A stretch of DNA of 64,000 nucleotides from the NCBI GenBank assembly GCA_012295275.1, contig CM022672.1, forward strand, positions 17,980,001 to 18,044,000. Reading direction: 5' to 3'. The notes under the pieces are model-generated. The model made no database searches, was not told the origin of the DNA, and saw only the letters and a program-made list of their open reading frames with translations. Positions 38,009 through 54,119 of the stretch are shown here, piece after piece. The position numbers and the translations under genes are program-made. The stretch is from Chrysomallon squamiferum. Taxonomy: Eukaryota > Animalia > Mollusca. Position 1 is the stretch's first letter. Each line of letters begins with the position of its first letter.

Positions 38009-38766
38009 ATGGGAGTTAGTAACTCGTCTTCTCTACTGCACGAATATTGGAGTTACGTCCCTTGAAAAGGCAATCAATCCAACGATATTGAGTCAAAAGA
38101 CGTCATTCTGAAATATTAATTTTAGGAAATGAGGCAGTATTTCCTCGCTGTGTAATATCTGTCTCTTTACGCTTTTTATGTGATCGTTAGTCACTTTTTG
38201 TCCACGTGATGACAATACATGACTTTCCATTCCTAGTAAACCTGGAAATCGGTGAATATATGTATATCTATGTATGTATGTGTGTGTATGTGTGTGTGTA
38301 TGTGTGTGTTTGTTTGTGTGTGTGTGATGTACCCATTTTCGGACAATCCATTGTCCTCGGTCTATTGTTAAGACTTAGCGACCTGGAATCATATGAATGA
38401 CACTCACGGAAGAAAAGAGTTAAGAGGAAAGTAAATTGCACGGTCTGTAATTGGATGGGGAGGGACATAACGTAAATGTCTCACTAGTAAGACTGAAATC
38501 CTTTTTTTCCAGGGCTGTAATCCTTGAGCTCCTGTCCATCGTGAGCCCAAATGATGAAGTCAGTAACAAGTCACGTGATCAAGTATATTTTATTGGGATC
38601 TGATATATTAGAAAGCCAAGAACTCATTCGTACGTTCCAGCAAACACACAAACACTCAAACACTCTATATTACGATTTCGTTTTTATATTTAATATTCCT
38701 TAATAGAACATAAACTTATAAAAACAAATTCTGTTTCCATCCCTTTCTGAGATGTAACAACAATAC

Positions 38767-38768
<2 letters not shown>

Positions 38769-38845
<77 letters not shown>
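38769..38845. repeat. (CT)n microsatellite
   Basis: Direct reading. Confidence 0.95.
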
Positions 38846-38848
<3 letters not shown>

Positions 38849-41800
38849 GATCAATCAAGCTTTGATCACTGTAGATAATACCGAGCTGAATCAACGTGTG
38901 TGGCTTTTCTATCACTCGGAAGGTAAAAATGATCAACTTCTGATATCGAGTGTCATGATTAATGCTAATTTTTTAAGCGTCTGTTAGATAAAAGACAATT
39001 TTAATGATTCATGCTTTGTTAAAAAAAAAAAAAAAATCCGTATTTCAAAGGTAAAATATATAATTAAATTTTTAGGTGCTGTTTTTTTTTTTTTTTTTTT
39101 TAACTTTTAATCGTTTGAGTGGGACTTTGTGTGCTTGGTTTAACCAAACAGTGGTTCAGACAAAAAAAATGTCGTGGAATCAACAGAGTAACTTAGCCAG
39201 AGATAATAAACCAAATCAGGTTGTTTTTTTTTTAGGGTTTTTTTTTCAGTTAACGTCGACGTTTTTTTTTTTTTTTTTAATACACACCTTCTCGTAAACA
39301 GGATAACACATACCAAAACCTTTCATAATTTATGATTGTTTAATTATAATGTGATCAATATTCATTAATTTAATATTGAAAACTCCAATATTTAAAGTAC
39401 AATATCATTTCATATTTAAAGTATAATTTTACTTCAATTTTATTTGAAAAATAGAGCGATTCGAAATATCAGTGTCGTTTTTATGGCTGTTGTTATTTCA
39501 CTGAAAAACACTAAACCTTATTACAACAACAACAACAGCAAACTGCTGCTATTACGACTTCTCCTACAGCTACGTATACTACTGCTACAGCTACAGCTTC
39601 TACTACAACAACTACTACTAATAATTTAAAAAAAAATAATAATAATGCCATTTTGCATAATATTACCTCTTCAGCTAAAAACTTCAAATATTAGCGCATA
39701 ATGGGCAGACGATTTAGAAACATTATTCCGTTGAAGCGAGGTCAGATAACTGTGACTAATCCATTTCATTTCAGTTCGTACGTGCCAGCCGTCATGTTCG
39801 ATGGCTTTATTTGCAGTTCGGCTTTTAATCGGATTTTATATCATATCAATATATTTTCTCCATGCACCTCTTCCCAGCGGGATCAAAAACGCTGTTTTAT
39901 GCGTTGTTGTATGTTGTTGTTTTCTTTAAAAGAAATATATATAAAAAATAAAAAATAAAAAATCTTTATTTATTTCGTTTTCCATCTTCAAAAATTTCCA
40001 GATCCGTTTTTTTTTTTTTTTTGTTTGTTTGTTTGTTTTCTGTGATGCATTTGGAAAAGATTTATTTATCCTCTGCAGTTAATCTGCGGCGTTTTGTTAC
40101 AAAACTGTTACTGAGGATTATTTAATTTATTAAAGACATTTTTTTTTTTTCTTTTACATTCTACTATCCATGAATTTTAATTTGATATCCATGACATACC
40201 AGCATATCTATCGATCTACTACTTATACATATTGCTATCTATCTATCTATCTATCTATCTATATATATATATACACTAAACCCTTATAATCCAAACTTTC
40301 TAGATAGGTCAACATCGTCATCATCAATATATACCCTCAGTTTTACAAATATCTTTTAGAATTAATATCACTTTCATATCGTTTTCTTTCTTTGAATATA
40401 AGGGAGGTAAATCCTTCGCCATAATATTATATAAATTTTTTTCCATGTTCATAGAATTACAGCTATTAAAATAAGTTACGTTAATTCTGATATCGTTTTC
40501 TTTCCTTATTAATTTGATACAAAATGTTTGGGGTCAAAACAGCCATTTGGGATCATTTTTTTTATATTTTCTACCTTTTTTTCCATGTTCTATAGGCAAT
40601 CTGTCAACCTAGTTAAAATTTTATTTTTTATATTTGTATATGGGATACTAATTAAAAAAATACCCCCACCCCCAAAAAAACAACAACCACCAGTGCTTAA
40701 TGAGCAGTCATACAGATGATAACGAGGAATTCTTAATTGTCAGTACTTTCTGAATTTAGTTAAGTCTTGGACTCATTACGGACCTGTTTTTTAGAGACAA
40801 ATGTAGAATGTGACTGAATTATAAATCAAATTTAACATTGAAAAATTCATACATATTTTACATAACTGATCGTAGCATCAGTTCGGTTAAAATGCAGGCG
40901 CTGAGCAACGCTTTTTTTGGTTCTGAATTTTTTTGATGAATTAGATGTTGTGACTAGCTTGCCACTTCCATTACATCATTAATAACAGCAAACATCCTGT
41001 TTATACTGCGAATTATAACTTTCGTCCGAGAGCCAAGTTTTTTTTTTGTTTGAGATGAAAATCTGCGTAATATCGTGAATAGGACATTTTGGCCGGCCCT
41101 GAATTATTAATCTGTAGCTGACGTTTTTTTTACTGCATTTTTTAAAAATAAAATCACTTTTCTTGATGTCAGAGAGTTCAAATATTGGATCAATTTTTTT
41201 TTTTATTCAAGTAAATGAACAAACTGATCATGAAATAAATTTAAAAAATTTAATATATTTTATTTTGTTTTTGTTTTTATTGTTACAATAATAAAAACAA
41301 TTAAACAAATATACATGCATATATAAACAAATAAATTTTGTTTATATCTTCTCGTTTTTACTGCAGTATGTAAAGAGAATGAATGTGTATCAATAATTTA
41401 AATATATGGAGATTAAATCGAATGGCAGTGTAACTTTCAGAATGCTAAGGTCAAGGTCGCCTCGTTTTTTTCCCGTGTCATCTCGTTACTGGAAATGGCG
41501 TAGCCTACATTCGTACAGAACACCACAACAATCTGGAAAAGCTACAAATCATCCCCGTGTTTTTTCCTCAGCTCGCATTATTTCATACCGTAGCTTCGAT
41601 CGATAAACTACGTTTGAAAATATACACCGTAAATATCGTAAAGCGCCGCAAATCAGCGATGCTTGCTCTCCGCTGACCTTCGAGTCAACTTGTCTAGACT
41701 TTGCCATCGATTTTGCGGATGTCGAACGATAGAAGCGATTTGCTTTAGCGTAAACAACATCCACTAAAACATTTTAACTCGCTCGGGAGCGACGTAACAC

Positions 41801-43602
41801 TCAACCGTGCGCAGTGGCTTCGCCCATTTGATGGGAGCACGCCGATCTAATTAGTTTCTTTTCAGACTCGCTTTTTGATATCGTTCAACTGTATATCGCA
41901 GATTAATAATTTTTTTTGTTTGTTATTTCTCAAATAAATAGTCGGTGAACGGACTTTAGGGAAGCTTTTTAAAGTTTGTTCAGAATAAAGGCCTATATAT
42001 GTACTAAGGTGTATGTATGTATGTATGTATGTATGTATATATGTATGTATGTGTTATGTATGTATGTACGAATGTATGTACGTAAATTGTATGTATTTAT
42101 CTGTTAATTTGTCTGTGCATATATGAATGAAAGATTGTACATATCTATATGTATACGTGTGTGACATTACGTACATTCATATTCCTTGTGAACATGTATA
42201 TATGTGTGTGTGTGTGATTGTCTGTGTGCATGGGTGTATGCACATGTACGTATGTATTTGTGCACATGTATATGTGCACGTGTGTGTGTAACTTCAGTCA
42301 CTGTAATTATATTACGTTTCAGTAATTATAAGTATGTAGTTACGTTACGAATCTGTGTTAGTGCAAGGGTGTACGTGTGAATTTACTACGAAAATTGTGA
42401 ATAACGACATTTTCTAGATGATTCCCTCAGACAAAACAATATATAACCGTGTCTATCGACTCTTATCTGTGAAGGCATTATTTTAAATTTATGTTTTTGT
42501 TTACCATTTTTAGCACTATACGGTTACATTATTACAAGCGTCTCTGAAAATAAAATGCATCTCTGCACTCGGAATCTGGGATATAGTAGCACACCAGTTT
42601 TCAGTTTTCAAGACCGAAAAGTGAAAAATTTCGATTAAACGATTTTGACGGAAACAGGTTTATTGCAGATCTGATGCACGTAATTTAACATCAATAACCT
42701 GGTACAACTTATAACGCTGTAAAGGACATTGTCATGTTGTCTCCCATTTTCTTGTATATGAATTTTTTTTTTTTTTTTTTTTTAAAAATAAGGTATTCAG
42801 AATTTTCAATGATTATCAGTATTTATCATTACCAAAAGACAAATTCTGGAGATGGAGATGGTATCAAAATGAAGATTAAGACGTAAGAAATCTTAATGTA
42901 ACTCATCGTCTGTGAACGCTGTTCAGTCCCTGGTGTGCGGTTCAGGATCATATCGAAAAATCGTATATTTCAGATTTTCATATCGAGTTAATGTCCATTT
43001 TTTTATCTGTTTTAATCTGACAGAAAAGCAAATATTTATCTAGATAGTGATAATTAATAAATATGATTTCTAATAGTTAGTTCAAGAGAACGTTAATATT
43101 TAAAACGTGCATATGACTGTTTATATATATATTATTATTATATGTTGTTCACCCGCGTTTTCACGGACATCAGCATTCCTATTTTCGGGAAATCAGTACA
43201 AAATGTTGAACAAAATCACGAAATTTGAACATTTTTCACATGAAACTTTGGCTCTTAAGTTACTCTGATCTGTATGATCACGGCAATCCTCTCTGAACTC
43301 AATTTCCATCAAGATAAGAGTAAATTTTACAATTGCACTCATAACCATCCTAAACTAGCAAACTTCATCCAGCCCAGCCTCCATTTTTTCAAGACGTAAT
43401 ATAGTTTATGATATTTTTTGTATTGTTTTCATCTCTGTACATTTTTCTTACATTAGTATATGGCTGCAATGTATTCATGTGTTTATGTATGGCTTTATGT
43501 ATTTTAGTAAATGTTTTGAGTTAATGTTTACATTCGCGATTTCGTATCTTTTGCATTTTCCTGGTCGGTGACCCCCCAGTAACAGTCTGTGAAATATATT
43601 AT

Positions 43603-43653
<51 letters not shown>

Positions 43654-45864
43654 TCTGTAAATATTTTTATGTATCTGTCTACTGTGCATTTCTTTGCGTG
43701 TGTGTGAGAGTGTTCGTTAACGCGAAATCTTTCATTTTTATGTATCCTTCGTTATCATTTCCCGCCCTCCTTGTTACCAGACGTCTGCTAATACTTAATC
43801 AGTCATAAAAATATTTTCTTTAATTAACAACACACTACATGCAAAAAGAAGGAAAACAAAACAGACAGGAAAAAAAAAAAAAAAAAAAAAACACCGCCCC
43901 AATCTCTCAAAAACGAACATACCACATGAGGCAAAAAAAAAAAAAAAAAATAAAAATAAAAATAAAAATAAAAAAAATAAATAGAAAGATAAAAAATAAA
44001 AAAAAAGAAGAAGAAGAAGAAGACGATGAAAAAATATCAAAAGAAAAACGGCACTATTGTCAGCACATGATAGGAGATTAACTTGCACTTGTTAGTACAA
44101 GCGGCGTGCACTTTAAAACACGTTTAAGTGGATCTAACTCTGCCGCCACAGTCTCGTCTGGAAAACTGCAACAGGTGTAGTTTTCACTCTGTAATCAAAA
44201 AAAAAAAAAAAACAGCAGACGTAAAATCTTTCTTTAAAAAAAAAAGAAAAGAAAAAAAAAAAATGAAATAAAGAGGGAAGTGCCCATGTTGTTCCTGGCA
44301 CAAACGTCTATTTATTATTGATACGAGATTATGACGAGATGTAAAGGGTTTGGGAAGCGGTGTAAATTGTTATTCGTATCTGCTGTCAAGATTCTGGTTT
44401 TGTGACCTTGACATACATCGTTCGTTGCAGGTTGCCGTTTTAGAGGTAACTGGGTTAGTTTGAGATAAGAAACCAGCGAGTGAATGTATTGATTACGTTT
44501 TTCTAAAAGTACAAACATTTCGTGATTTGAATGACAAATAAATACATGTTGTGTATACATATAATGTTTACGTGACTGTCACGAAAATAAAAAGAAAAAA
44601 AGAAAGTGATGTAATTCTTCTTTATCAGTGTATGCATGTGTTAGTGAATATTTATATAAACTCATACTATGTATGATACATATGTCTGAGATGTAAAAAG
44701 ACATGATTATGAATATTTAATTTTCTCAGTTTGTTTTAAACTAGGTGATTTGAAAGTCTACCACTGAAAAGTAATTACGTCAGAAGCTGTTCTGTGGCTC
44801 TCCCTCCGTTTGTTCTGCGTTATTCGTCTGTGAATTTCGTTACACCAGACGTTGTTCTATGGTTACCCCCTCAGTCACAAAAAAAAACGTTGTTGTTGTT
44901 TTTCTCAGAAAATAATTACGTCAGAAGTTATTTTAAAATTCCTTCCTTAATTTTCTGACTCACCTTGTCTTGTCTCTTTCTCTAAGTTTACCAGTTGTTG
45001 TTTTTTTAAATTGTTTATTTGTTATTATTTTAAATTTCTTAATTTTTTTTTGTTATTCATTTTCCGTATCTGCGATTTGTTTTTCAATTTTCACTGTTCT
45101 TTTAAGATTCCGATCTTGATAAGATGTGTCTGCAATACTCAGAGGACATTCTGTCTGTTATTCAACATCGAGATGGTATCAAGGGCAATGTAAAAACGGT
45201 CGTCACTGTCAGTTCTCTTTTGTAATTTGTTCTCTGGGCTCTGCTGCAGACATCGATTTATCATTTATCATTAAAAACGGTTGTGTCAGTTTATTATTAT
45301 TATTATTTTTTTTTTTTTCGAAAGATGACTATTACAAGTTTTAATGTTTTTGACTACGTTTGAAGGAGTGGCAGAAATCTTGCTGGAGAAAAATCAAACG
45401 ATAACATTTTGTATGTTTTCTTTTTCTTTTAGTTTTTTAAAAAATTTTTTTTTTTTTTTTTTTCAGTATTTAGTTATGGATTTAATTCAGTCTTACCATA
45501 AGAAAACAAACAAACAAACAAAAACTATATAAATTAAAAAAACAAACAAAAAACAAACAAACAAACAGCAACAACAGCATAAAACAAGAACAAAATAACC
45601 AAAGATGACAACAACAATAACAACGTAATATAAAAGGAAAGGAAATAAAAGTGCAAAACCCGCCAAGAACAAATATGTCCGCACATCAAACACGTGTACA
45701 AAAAAAAAAAAAAAAAAAAAAAAAGAACATCTTAATGCTGTGTTGGTTGTAGAATGGAACGAGAACAACAGAATAATCTAATTATTATACTTTTCAAGCG
45801 AGAGCCTACACCATAACAGTATACAGTGAACAAACATCTTGACTTTAGTACCATATATCTGTAA

Positions 45865-45967
45865 GAGAGAAACTAGAGAGAGAGAGAAGAGAGAAAGAAA
45901 GAGCGAAACAGAGAGAAAGAGGGTGAGAGAGAGAGAGGGAAGGAGATGGCGAGAGAGAAACAATCAG

Positions 45968-46040
<73 letters not shown>

Positions 46041-46070
46041 GGTTGAGGGAGGGAGAGAGGCAGGGAGGGA
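45865..46070. repeat. (GA)n polypurine tract
   Basis: Direct reading. Confidence 0.9.
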
Positions 46071-46752
46071 ATCAGATGCAGGCAGACAAACATTCACAGA
46101 CAACAAGATGAGTCATTGCTCAGTTGAAAATAGAAGAAAGAAAAAAAGATCGAAAAAAAAAAACAAAAAAAAAAGAATGGTTGGATTTTTTTTTTTTTTT
46201 TTTTTTTTAGCCTCTGAAATCCATGGCGGTTTTGTCTGGAACGCTCGGAAAACGAAGACAAATCATGATGGTAGGCACTTTCAAACTCGAGTAGAATTAC
46301 GCATATTGACGTCTTCGGCAGCAAAAAAAAATTTACATTTCTCATTTGTTTACCGAGTCTACAATATACGTGTGAACTAGACGCATTTGTACTCGCTACC
46401 CTTCATTCCATATTCTACAGTTCTTGTCTAGTCTTAGACGTTTTCTTCTCTTTTTTTTTTTTTTTTTTTTTTTTAATTTTTTTTTTCAACCCCTCTCTTT
46501 CTTCTCCAAACACTGAATGTAAACTAAACAGAAGTCAGATTACGTAAATGTTACTTCAGCCGAGTTGCGGTTAAGTTTTTTTTCTAACAAGTGTTTTGTG
46601 ATAACAGTTACTGTATAAAATGCAATGCACATCTTGATTCAAGAGCCTTCATCAACAGTATGATTTTTTTTTATTAGAGATTAATAACTCAACGGTCTTA
46701 GTTCATGCACTGTTTTTTTGTTTTTATCTATTTCATTTCTTTTCTTTTTTCT

Positions 46753-46811
<59 letters not shown>

Positions 46812-48613
46812 GTTCATATAAAAAATTGTTATGTTAGTAAATCAAAGGGATTACTGAAGCGTGTTTTCTCTCTCATGACATCATTTTTTTTTTTTTTCTG
46901 AAAACCTCTCATATAGAATGCGATGAGAACCTAATGATTGATTCACCTTTTCAGACTAATTAATTCTATCTAAAATAAGAATTAATTTTTTTATAAAGCT
47001 GAAAGATAAAATCTGCATCATTCTCTGCTGTTAAATCTCCAAATCGTAGACGCTTTTCAGTAAAGCGTGTAGAAAACCAGACAAAATAAATAATAAACCC
47101 ACGCACAAATATAAAATTTTTCTTTCGTCTTCTATTATTAAATTATTTTTATTATTATTATTTTTTATTATTATTTTTTTTTTGTTTTTTGTTTTTTTTT
47201 AAATTTTTTTTTGGTTTAGTCATATTAGATCAGTCTGCCCACAAAAATATGGTAAGTAACCACAAAGTGTATAAACCCAAAGATCGGACTGGTTTGTAAC
47301 AACAACAATCACAACAAAAAAATTGGCACACAAGCGATTAAATTCTTCAAAAGTTTAGACACACTTTACACGTTGGTAACACTAACGGCAACTTTCAGAG
47401 CGCCGTAGATTCAAAGTGTCGTTCTGAACGTGTTTAATATCCTCTCTTGATATACCTAAACAAATAAAACACCTAATTGGGGTGGAGCTTGCTGAATCAC
47501 GGACAGATTAACAACAGAACAACGGTCACGAGGTTTAGTTATGCTCTTTCGTCATACGACGTCCAGTATCCTCCCTTAAATCGAGTATTTATAGTTCTTT
47601 TGTGTCACGAAAAATCTGGTTTCAATTTTCCATTGAAACATTATTGGTTTACAGAGAAAACTAAGATTTGCTCAGCTGGCCTCAGGTGAATGCAATATCT
47701 TTCCCAGTTAAAGAAGCCGGGGAATTAAGAGGTGTATGAAAACGAATCCGATAATGGGCGTTGGACGGCAACACAGTATGCGATTCTTGTAGGAAGCGCG
47801 GAAAGAATTCGGCGATCAGTGTTGCTCAATTATTCGGAGTCTCGATAAACCGCGCGTATGCACGCACTTGTCGTTGTTATTGCAAGAAGCAGGTGGAACA
47901 ACTTTATACCCATAATGCCTTGTCTGATCGACATCAAGCATCACTCGGATATCTGATGTGGAACAGATTGCGAGAATGTCGGATGTGCGGAATCCTCTTC
48001 CCACGTACAGATTTTGTTTTTAGACATTCACACGTCAGGTACACGAGTCCTTCACTAACGAAACTCTTCACTAGAACCAAACACTGAGAGCAGTGTGTGA
48101 ATGATTAACTCAAGGATGAATAGAAAAATATTTAGGGTAGAAAAAAAACAGAAGGCAAGAAAATGAAAATTATGAAAAATTTAAAGGACATTTAATCATT
48201 TTTTTAAGAAGCACTGATTTAGAGATTGATTTACAAAGACCCCGCAGGGTCGAACCCTGTGAGGGGAAACATTACGTCATGGAGCGGATTGCTCTAAGCT
48301 GATGTGACCAGAGAACGTCTACAATAATTATAGTCTTCTCACGTCATCCAAAAAAAAAAAAAAAAAAAAAAAAAAAATTATTATATTCTCTTGTAGCAGT
48401 GAGCGGTTAAACTGTCATTTTTTTGACAATATCCGGCCGATAAGCCCAAGATGTATTTAATTTTCTACACGTTATCAAACATGTGTGACATGCAGACCAA
48501 TTAAATGTCTTCAGATACTTTCCTGATTGCCATATTGCTTAAACAGCAAGTGATGCACTCTTGAGCTCTGCGTCATTGATGAAGTAAAAACCTGTTAATC
48601 AGAAAATATACTG

Positions 48614-48615
<2 letters not shown>

Positions 48616-48698
<83 letters not shown>

Positions 48699-48790
48699 CA
48701 CACACACACACACACACCTCCCTCTATTTCTCTCTGTCTGTCTGTCTGCCTGACTGCCTGTCTATCTGTCTCTGTCTTTCTGTTTCTCTG
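48616..48790. repeat. (CT)n(CA)n compound microsatellite with (ctgt)n
   Basis: Direct reading. Confidence 0.9.
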
Positions 48791-50827
48791 ACTCACTGAA
48801 TCATGTTTCGTCATCACATAACCAAGCTAACGTAGCCGTTACAATGAAAAGTTTCTCTTCTTTTCTTTTTTTCTCTTCTAATTTTTTTTTTTTTTTTTTT
48901 TTGACAAATCTGTCACTGCAAACCGCTTATGAATCAGACTGAAGTCCCAGTAGGTAGCAGCTGTCAAGCTTTAAACGTCTTCCTGTCAGCTTTTATTACC
49001 TTAACCAAAATTATGAAAGCGAGCAGACAATACAGAACAGTGGTATAGCATTAGTCACCATTTTAATCAGTGTTTCTCATGTCTACATACAGTTTATGAA
49101 TGACATCACAGAAGCGTCTGAAAGTTGTTATAAATCTTGTATAACATAATCTTGGCCCGAGGCTGCGAGATTTACAATGAAATTTGACACACACAACTCT
49201 CATGTTAATACTTTTTCTTTTTTTTTTTTTTTTTTAATGTTCTGAATTAGACTTGTGAATAGTTTAAAACTTTATTAATGCTTCTGATGTTCATCTGAAA
49301 GCTAGTAACAATAAAAATCACACTGTTTTAAGGTTGAATTATTCACTTCGAAGTCAATTAATTTGGTACACGTTTTCACTCATATGTACACACTTAACTG
49401 CATGCATACACGCAAGTATACATACATACACCCACATTTATACATTATATACACCCACATACGCTCACACACTTGGGCATACGCATAGAAATTTTGAGTA
49501 AAGATAATTATCAATGAAAAACGAAACCGTTAAATGAATTCTGCATGTAACTAAAGAATAGGCACGGGTGTAATTTATGGCTAATATGAACAAACAGTCT
49601 TACAAGACTGGTAGGTAGCATAACAGCTAGATAATACAATAATATGAATAAACAATTACACTGAATGTTACGCAAGAAGAAACAACACGGTGAAAATAAT
49701 TGAAAGAATAAAGAAAAGGCACCGTAATGTGGTAAATTTAAATTAAATTCTGGCGTGGATGAAGAAAAACATCACACAGTTGTTAAATAAGCATTACAAT
49801 AAAGAAAGCAGAAATGATCAGCTGGCACATTACTGTCAAAATTAATAACGGGAATAACGATAATAAGAAAAACTGTAAGGAATTAAAAAAAAAAAAAAAA
49901 AGCAAATAGAATGTATTTTTTTTGCAGGTACTTAGTAGCTTAGTGAGAGAGAGAGAGAGAAAAAAAAAAGTCTCACCCCCTCCCCCGCTCTGTCTGTGAA
50001 TGAGAGTTCGTTTTACCTACCACCAAGGTTGTTTTATTTTTTTTTTTTTTTTTTTTAAATTTTTTATGAATGGAGAAAAAAAAAAAAATTTGACGACTTC
50101 ACACGGATCTCAGGGCAGGAAATAACGTAAAAGAGCTTTTTATTTCTTTCTCTCTCTGTACACACACAAAAAAACTCGCCGCCCAGAACTGACTTTTGAT
50201 TAACATTACAGTAAAAAGATATCTCCCGCGAGTCTGGTACAACGTGGTTGAATATCACCGAGACATCGCACGTTGTATAAAACACTCTCTGATAACATCG
50301 ACGAGGCGGTGTAGTAGCGAGGTATTGTACGTACGCCTCTTCACGTTTAATGTTCGGCCGTATGAACGGGTGTTTGTTTGTTTTCGGGTGTTTTTTGGTG
50401 AGCGAACTCTCGTTACAGGCCCTCAGTACAGTGACGACGTTTCTGTTTGAAAAAAAAAGATTTATGAATGACGGGAAAGAAGGGTCATAGGTTTAGAAGA
50501 AAGAAAGAAAGAAAGAAATAATACAGACATACACATATCAAATGTTAATATATACATACATTATATATGAATATATGTCTGTGTGTGCGTTTGTTTGATT
50601 CCAGCGCTGAATGGTTTCACCGCAATCTGTTGAATTCAAGGTGGTGGTTTTTTTATTATTTTTTTTTTATTATTATTGGTTTCTGATCGCGAGACTGCGC
50701 ATGAGCAATGGCAGAATAGGAAAGTAGACAGACGACGTATTTTTTTGTAACTTGTATAGTTATATACAAATAAAATAAAAGAGCAAAGGAAGATAACAAA
50801 TAATAATAAAAAAAAGATATTTATGTC

Positions 50828-50848
50828 TAATAATAATAATAATAATAA

Positions 50849-50903
<55 letters not shown>

Positions 50904-51030
50904 GTAGTAGTAGTAGTAGTAATAATAGTAGTAGTAGCAATAGTAACAATAATAATAACAGTGGTAATAGCAGTAGTAGTAATAATAATAAGAAGAAAAG
51001 TATTATTATTAGTAGTAGTAGTTGTTGTAA
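50828..51030. repeat. (AAT)n/(AGT)n trinucleotide tract
   Basis: Direct reading. Confidence 0.9.
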
Positions 51031-51391
51031 TAAAAATATAACAACTGTTTTTTAATGAAATCATAATATGCAAAATCAAAATAGCAAAACAGATGTTATA
51101 GAGATGAGATAATTCAGTTTCCAGGAGCGTTTGTGCGTGTATTTGTATGTGCGTGTTTGTATATTAGGTATATATATCATAGTAAGTAAAATTAAAACAA
51201 TACCCCTTACAAAACATACACAATAATAAAAAAAAAAAAACACGACAAGAACAACAACCAAAATAACAACAACCTGTTTTAAAAGTGATGTAGATAAATT
51301 ATTCATATTTAAGCAAATTAATGTAGCATTTTTTATGATTACACAGACGTACATAGTTATATAAAAACATACATAAGACACACACACACAT

Positions 51392-51455
<64 letters not shown>

Positions 51456-51536
51456 ACACTAACAGACACCAAACATGCTGTGATTTTTGGATAACGTCCT
51501 TTGATGTTATATGCTAAAGCTTCAACTCTGAGTCAC

Positions 51537-51587
<51 letters not shown>

Positions 51588-51829
51588 GTATATGTTACCT
51601 AATACCAAAGAACCGAGTTAACGATAAAGTGATATGTCTGATATAAACACACTTGACATAGGGGTAATGGAGAAAGAGAAATGACTTTAAAGTGAATGTG
51701 ATTGGACGAAAATCCGATCAGTGTGAGATACAGGAAAGTAAAAAATCGAGCTACGCCAGAATAAATTAATATGTGTGTGTGTTTGTGTGTATGTATATAT
51801 GTACACAGACACACACACAAACACTAACA

Positions 51830-51869
<40 letters not shown>

Positions 51870-52939
51870 TAATACATAAATGCATATATACAACACACGT
51901 ACAAGATACATTCATAAATATATGCGTATTATACATAGGGTCTGCATACACAATATACATACACAGGGCTTATGTACATAAACACTTAATACCTTCATAT
52001 ATATATATATATGTGTGTGTGTATGTATGTATTGATTATTTTCATCGTTCATTGATTCATTCATACAATTTTGTTCTCATTCATAAAAAAAAAAATAAAA
52101 AAAAAATCAAAAAAAAATCTGGTTGTACGTACGTGCACACAAACACACACGCGCGAAACCTAAATAGATCAGACGTATAACAAAACATACCAATATCCGC
52201 TCGAGTGACGCCCCCGCCAAACACCCCAGGGGGACAATTACAGGTATAACTTCATTCTGTAGCGGGGTGGTGGACCCGGGGGCGCCTCTTTTCCCGTCTG
52301 CTCTGGAAGTGTCTGCGAAAAAAAAAAAAAACTGTTATAATTAAGCTAACGCGCCAAGCCGTTATCTTCCTGCCGCTTGTAACATACCTAATATAGACGA
52401 TCTCGCGTCATAAGCGGCCACACGAGAAATAAATTTCACACCTTAATTACGTGTGGTGCTGATAGTAATCGAGAAAAAGCTGGGAATACAGGGAGCTGGA
52501 TATCTCTGTCGTCAAATACAATAAATTACGCGGTTATTAAACAAAAATACAGCAGCGACTTGAGCCGCAATTTCGATTTTATTTTCGTCCGCAAAATGTT
52601 GATGATGTACCGTTTTAGAATTCTGGCAGTTGTTTTGGTGTTTTGGATTATTGTTGATAGTAATTATTTGACAGATAAGAGATAATAAAACGAGAGATGA
52701 AAGACAGAGAGTGTGAATGGAAAAATAAAGAAGAAGAAAGCACAAGAGAGAAAGAGAGAAAGAAGGGTAAAGTCGGGGAAAAGAAAAGAAAGCAAGAGAG
52801 ATAAAAAGAGTCGAAGGAAAAAAACGAGAAAGAAAAAAATGATGAAAAGACAACAAAAATGAATTTGCGAGATAGAAAATGAGTAAATAAAAATTAAGAA
52901 AAAAAGATAGGTTGAATATATATATATATATATTTATAT

Positions 52940-53204
<265 letters not shown>

Positions 53205-53340
53205 TTTAAAAACTGACTGGAAACGAGCGAACCAGAAAGGCTGTGAGAAAAGACAAACGGAAACAATTACTGACAGGAACGTCAAACTGTCTGTAACGTT
53301 GATAATAAATAAAAAATAATTATATTAGCTTTTACTCATA

Positions 53341-53374
<34 letters not shown>

Positions 53375-53619
53375 TCTGTTTAGGTGTATATCGAGTTACC
53401 AGACAGCTACATCAGAATATGATTCACTTAAAGTTGTTGTACGCAAACTAGAATGTCAGTGTGTGCCATTTTTTGTTAACATCACTCTATTTATTTATTT
53501 ATTTATTTTTTTAATAAAAATTACTAATGTTTGTTTTTATTCTGGGTAAACTTTATACATGATATATGGTTTTAAATCACTAAATATGAATATATTTATT
53601 TTCCAGAATCGTCCAGTGC

Positions 53620-53990
53620 TTTGTGGACGAAAGAAAAGTATATTTTATTTTTACTGACGCATTCGGTACATTTTTAGTCTACCGATATACTGTGTCTCGC
53701 CTACAGTTAATTTATACGTCTTTTATGTTGATAAGAATCATATCCATATAGATAAGAAAAGAAAAAAAAAAGAAAAAAAAAACCTATGCAGCCGCGCGAT
53801 GGCCTACTCTTTTTCATTTAACAACAAGAGATATTTCATACGTAACTTTCTGTAGACAGGAAAACATACACTGTTATAAAGCCTTTGACAAACCGTTGCC
53901 AGAACTGGATAAGATCCAAAAGGCAGGACTCATGTGGATTGATCCCGCGACCATCATCGTCTCGGAACACACATCTCGTGCTGGAAAGTG
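53620..53990 (-). mobile_element. Near full-length degenerate tRNA-derived SINE (Deu/Nin-like)
   Basis: aaacctatgcagccgcgcgatggcctactcttttcatttaacaacaagagatatttcata...gtagacaggaaaacatac...gcctttgac...ggattgatcccgcgacc (B-box-like on the minus strand). Similar to the copies at ~5.5, 35.5, 55.7 and 61.4 kb. Confidence 0.55.
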
Positions 53991-54119
53991 GAGCGCATGT
54001 GTGAACAAAGCTAGAGAAGACAATAATGTTAGTATTTGGTAGAACTGTTGATGTAGTTAGTGAAAATAGGTATTTACAAGTGAGCGAAGAAACAGATATA
54101 TCAGCATCTGTGATGAGCG

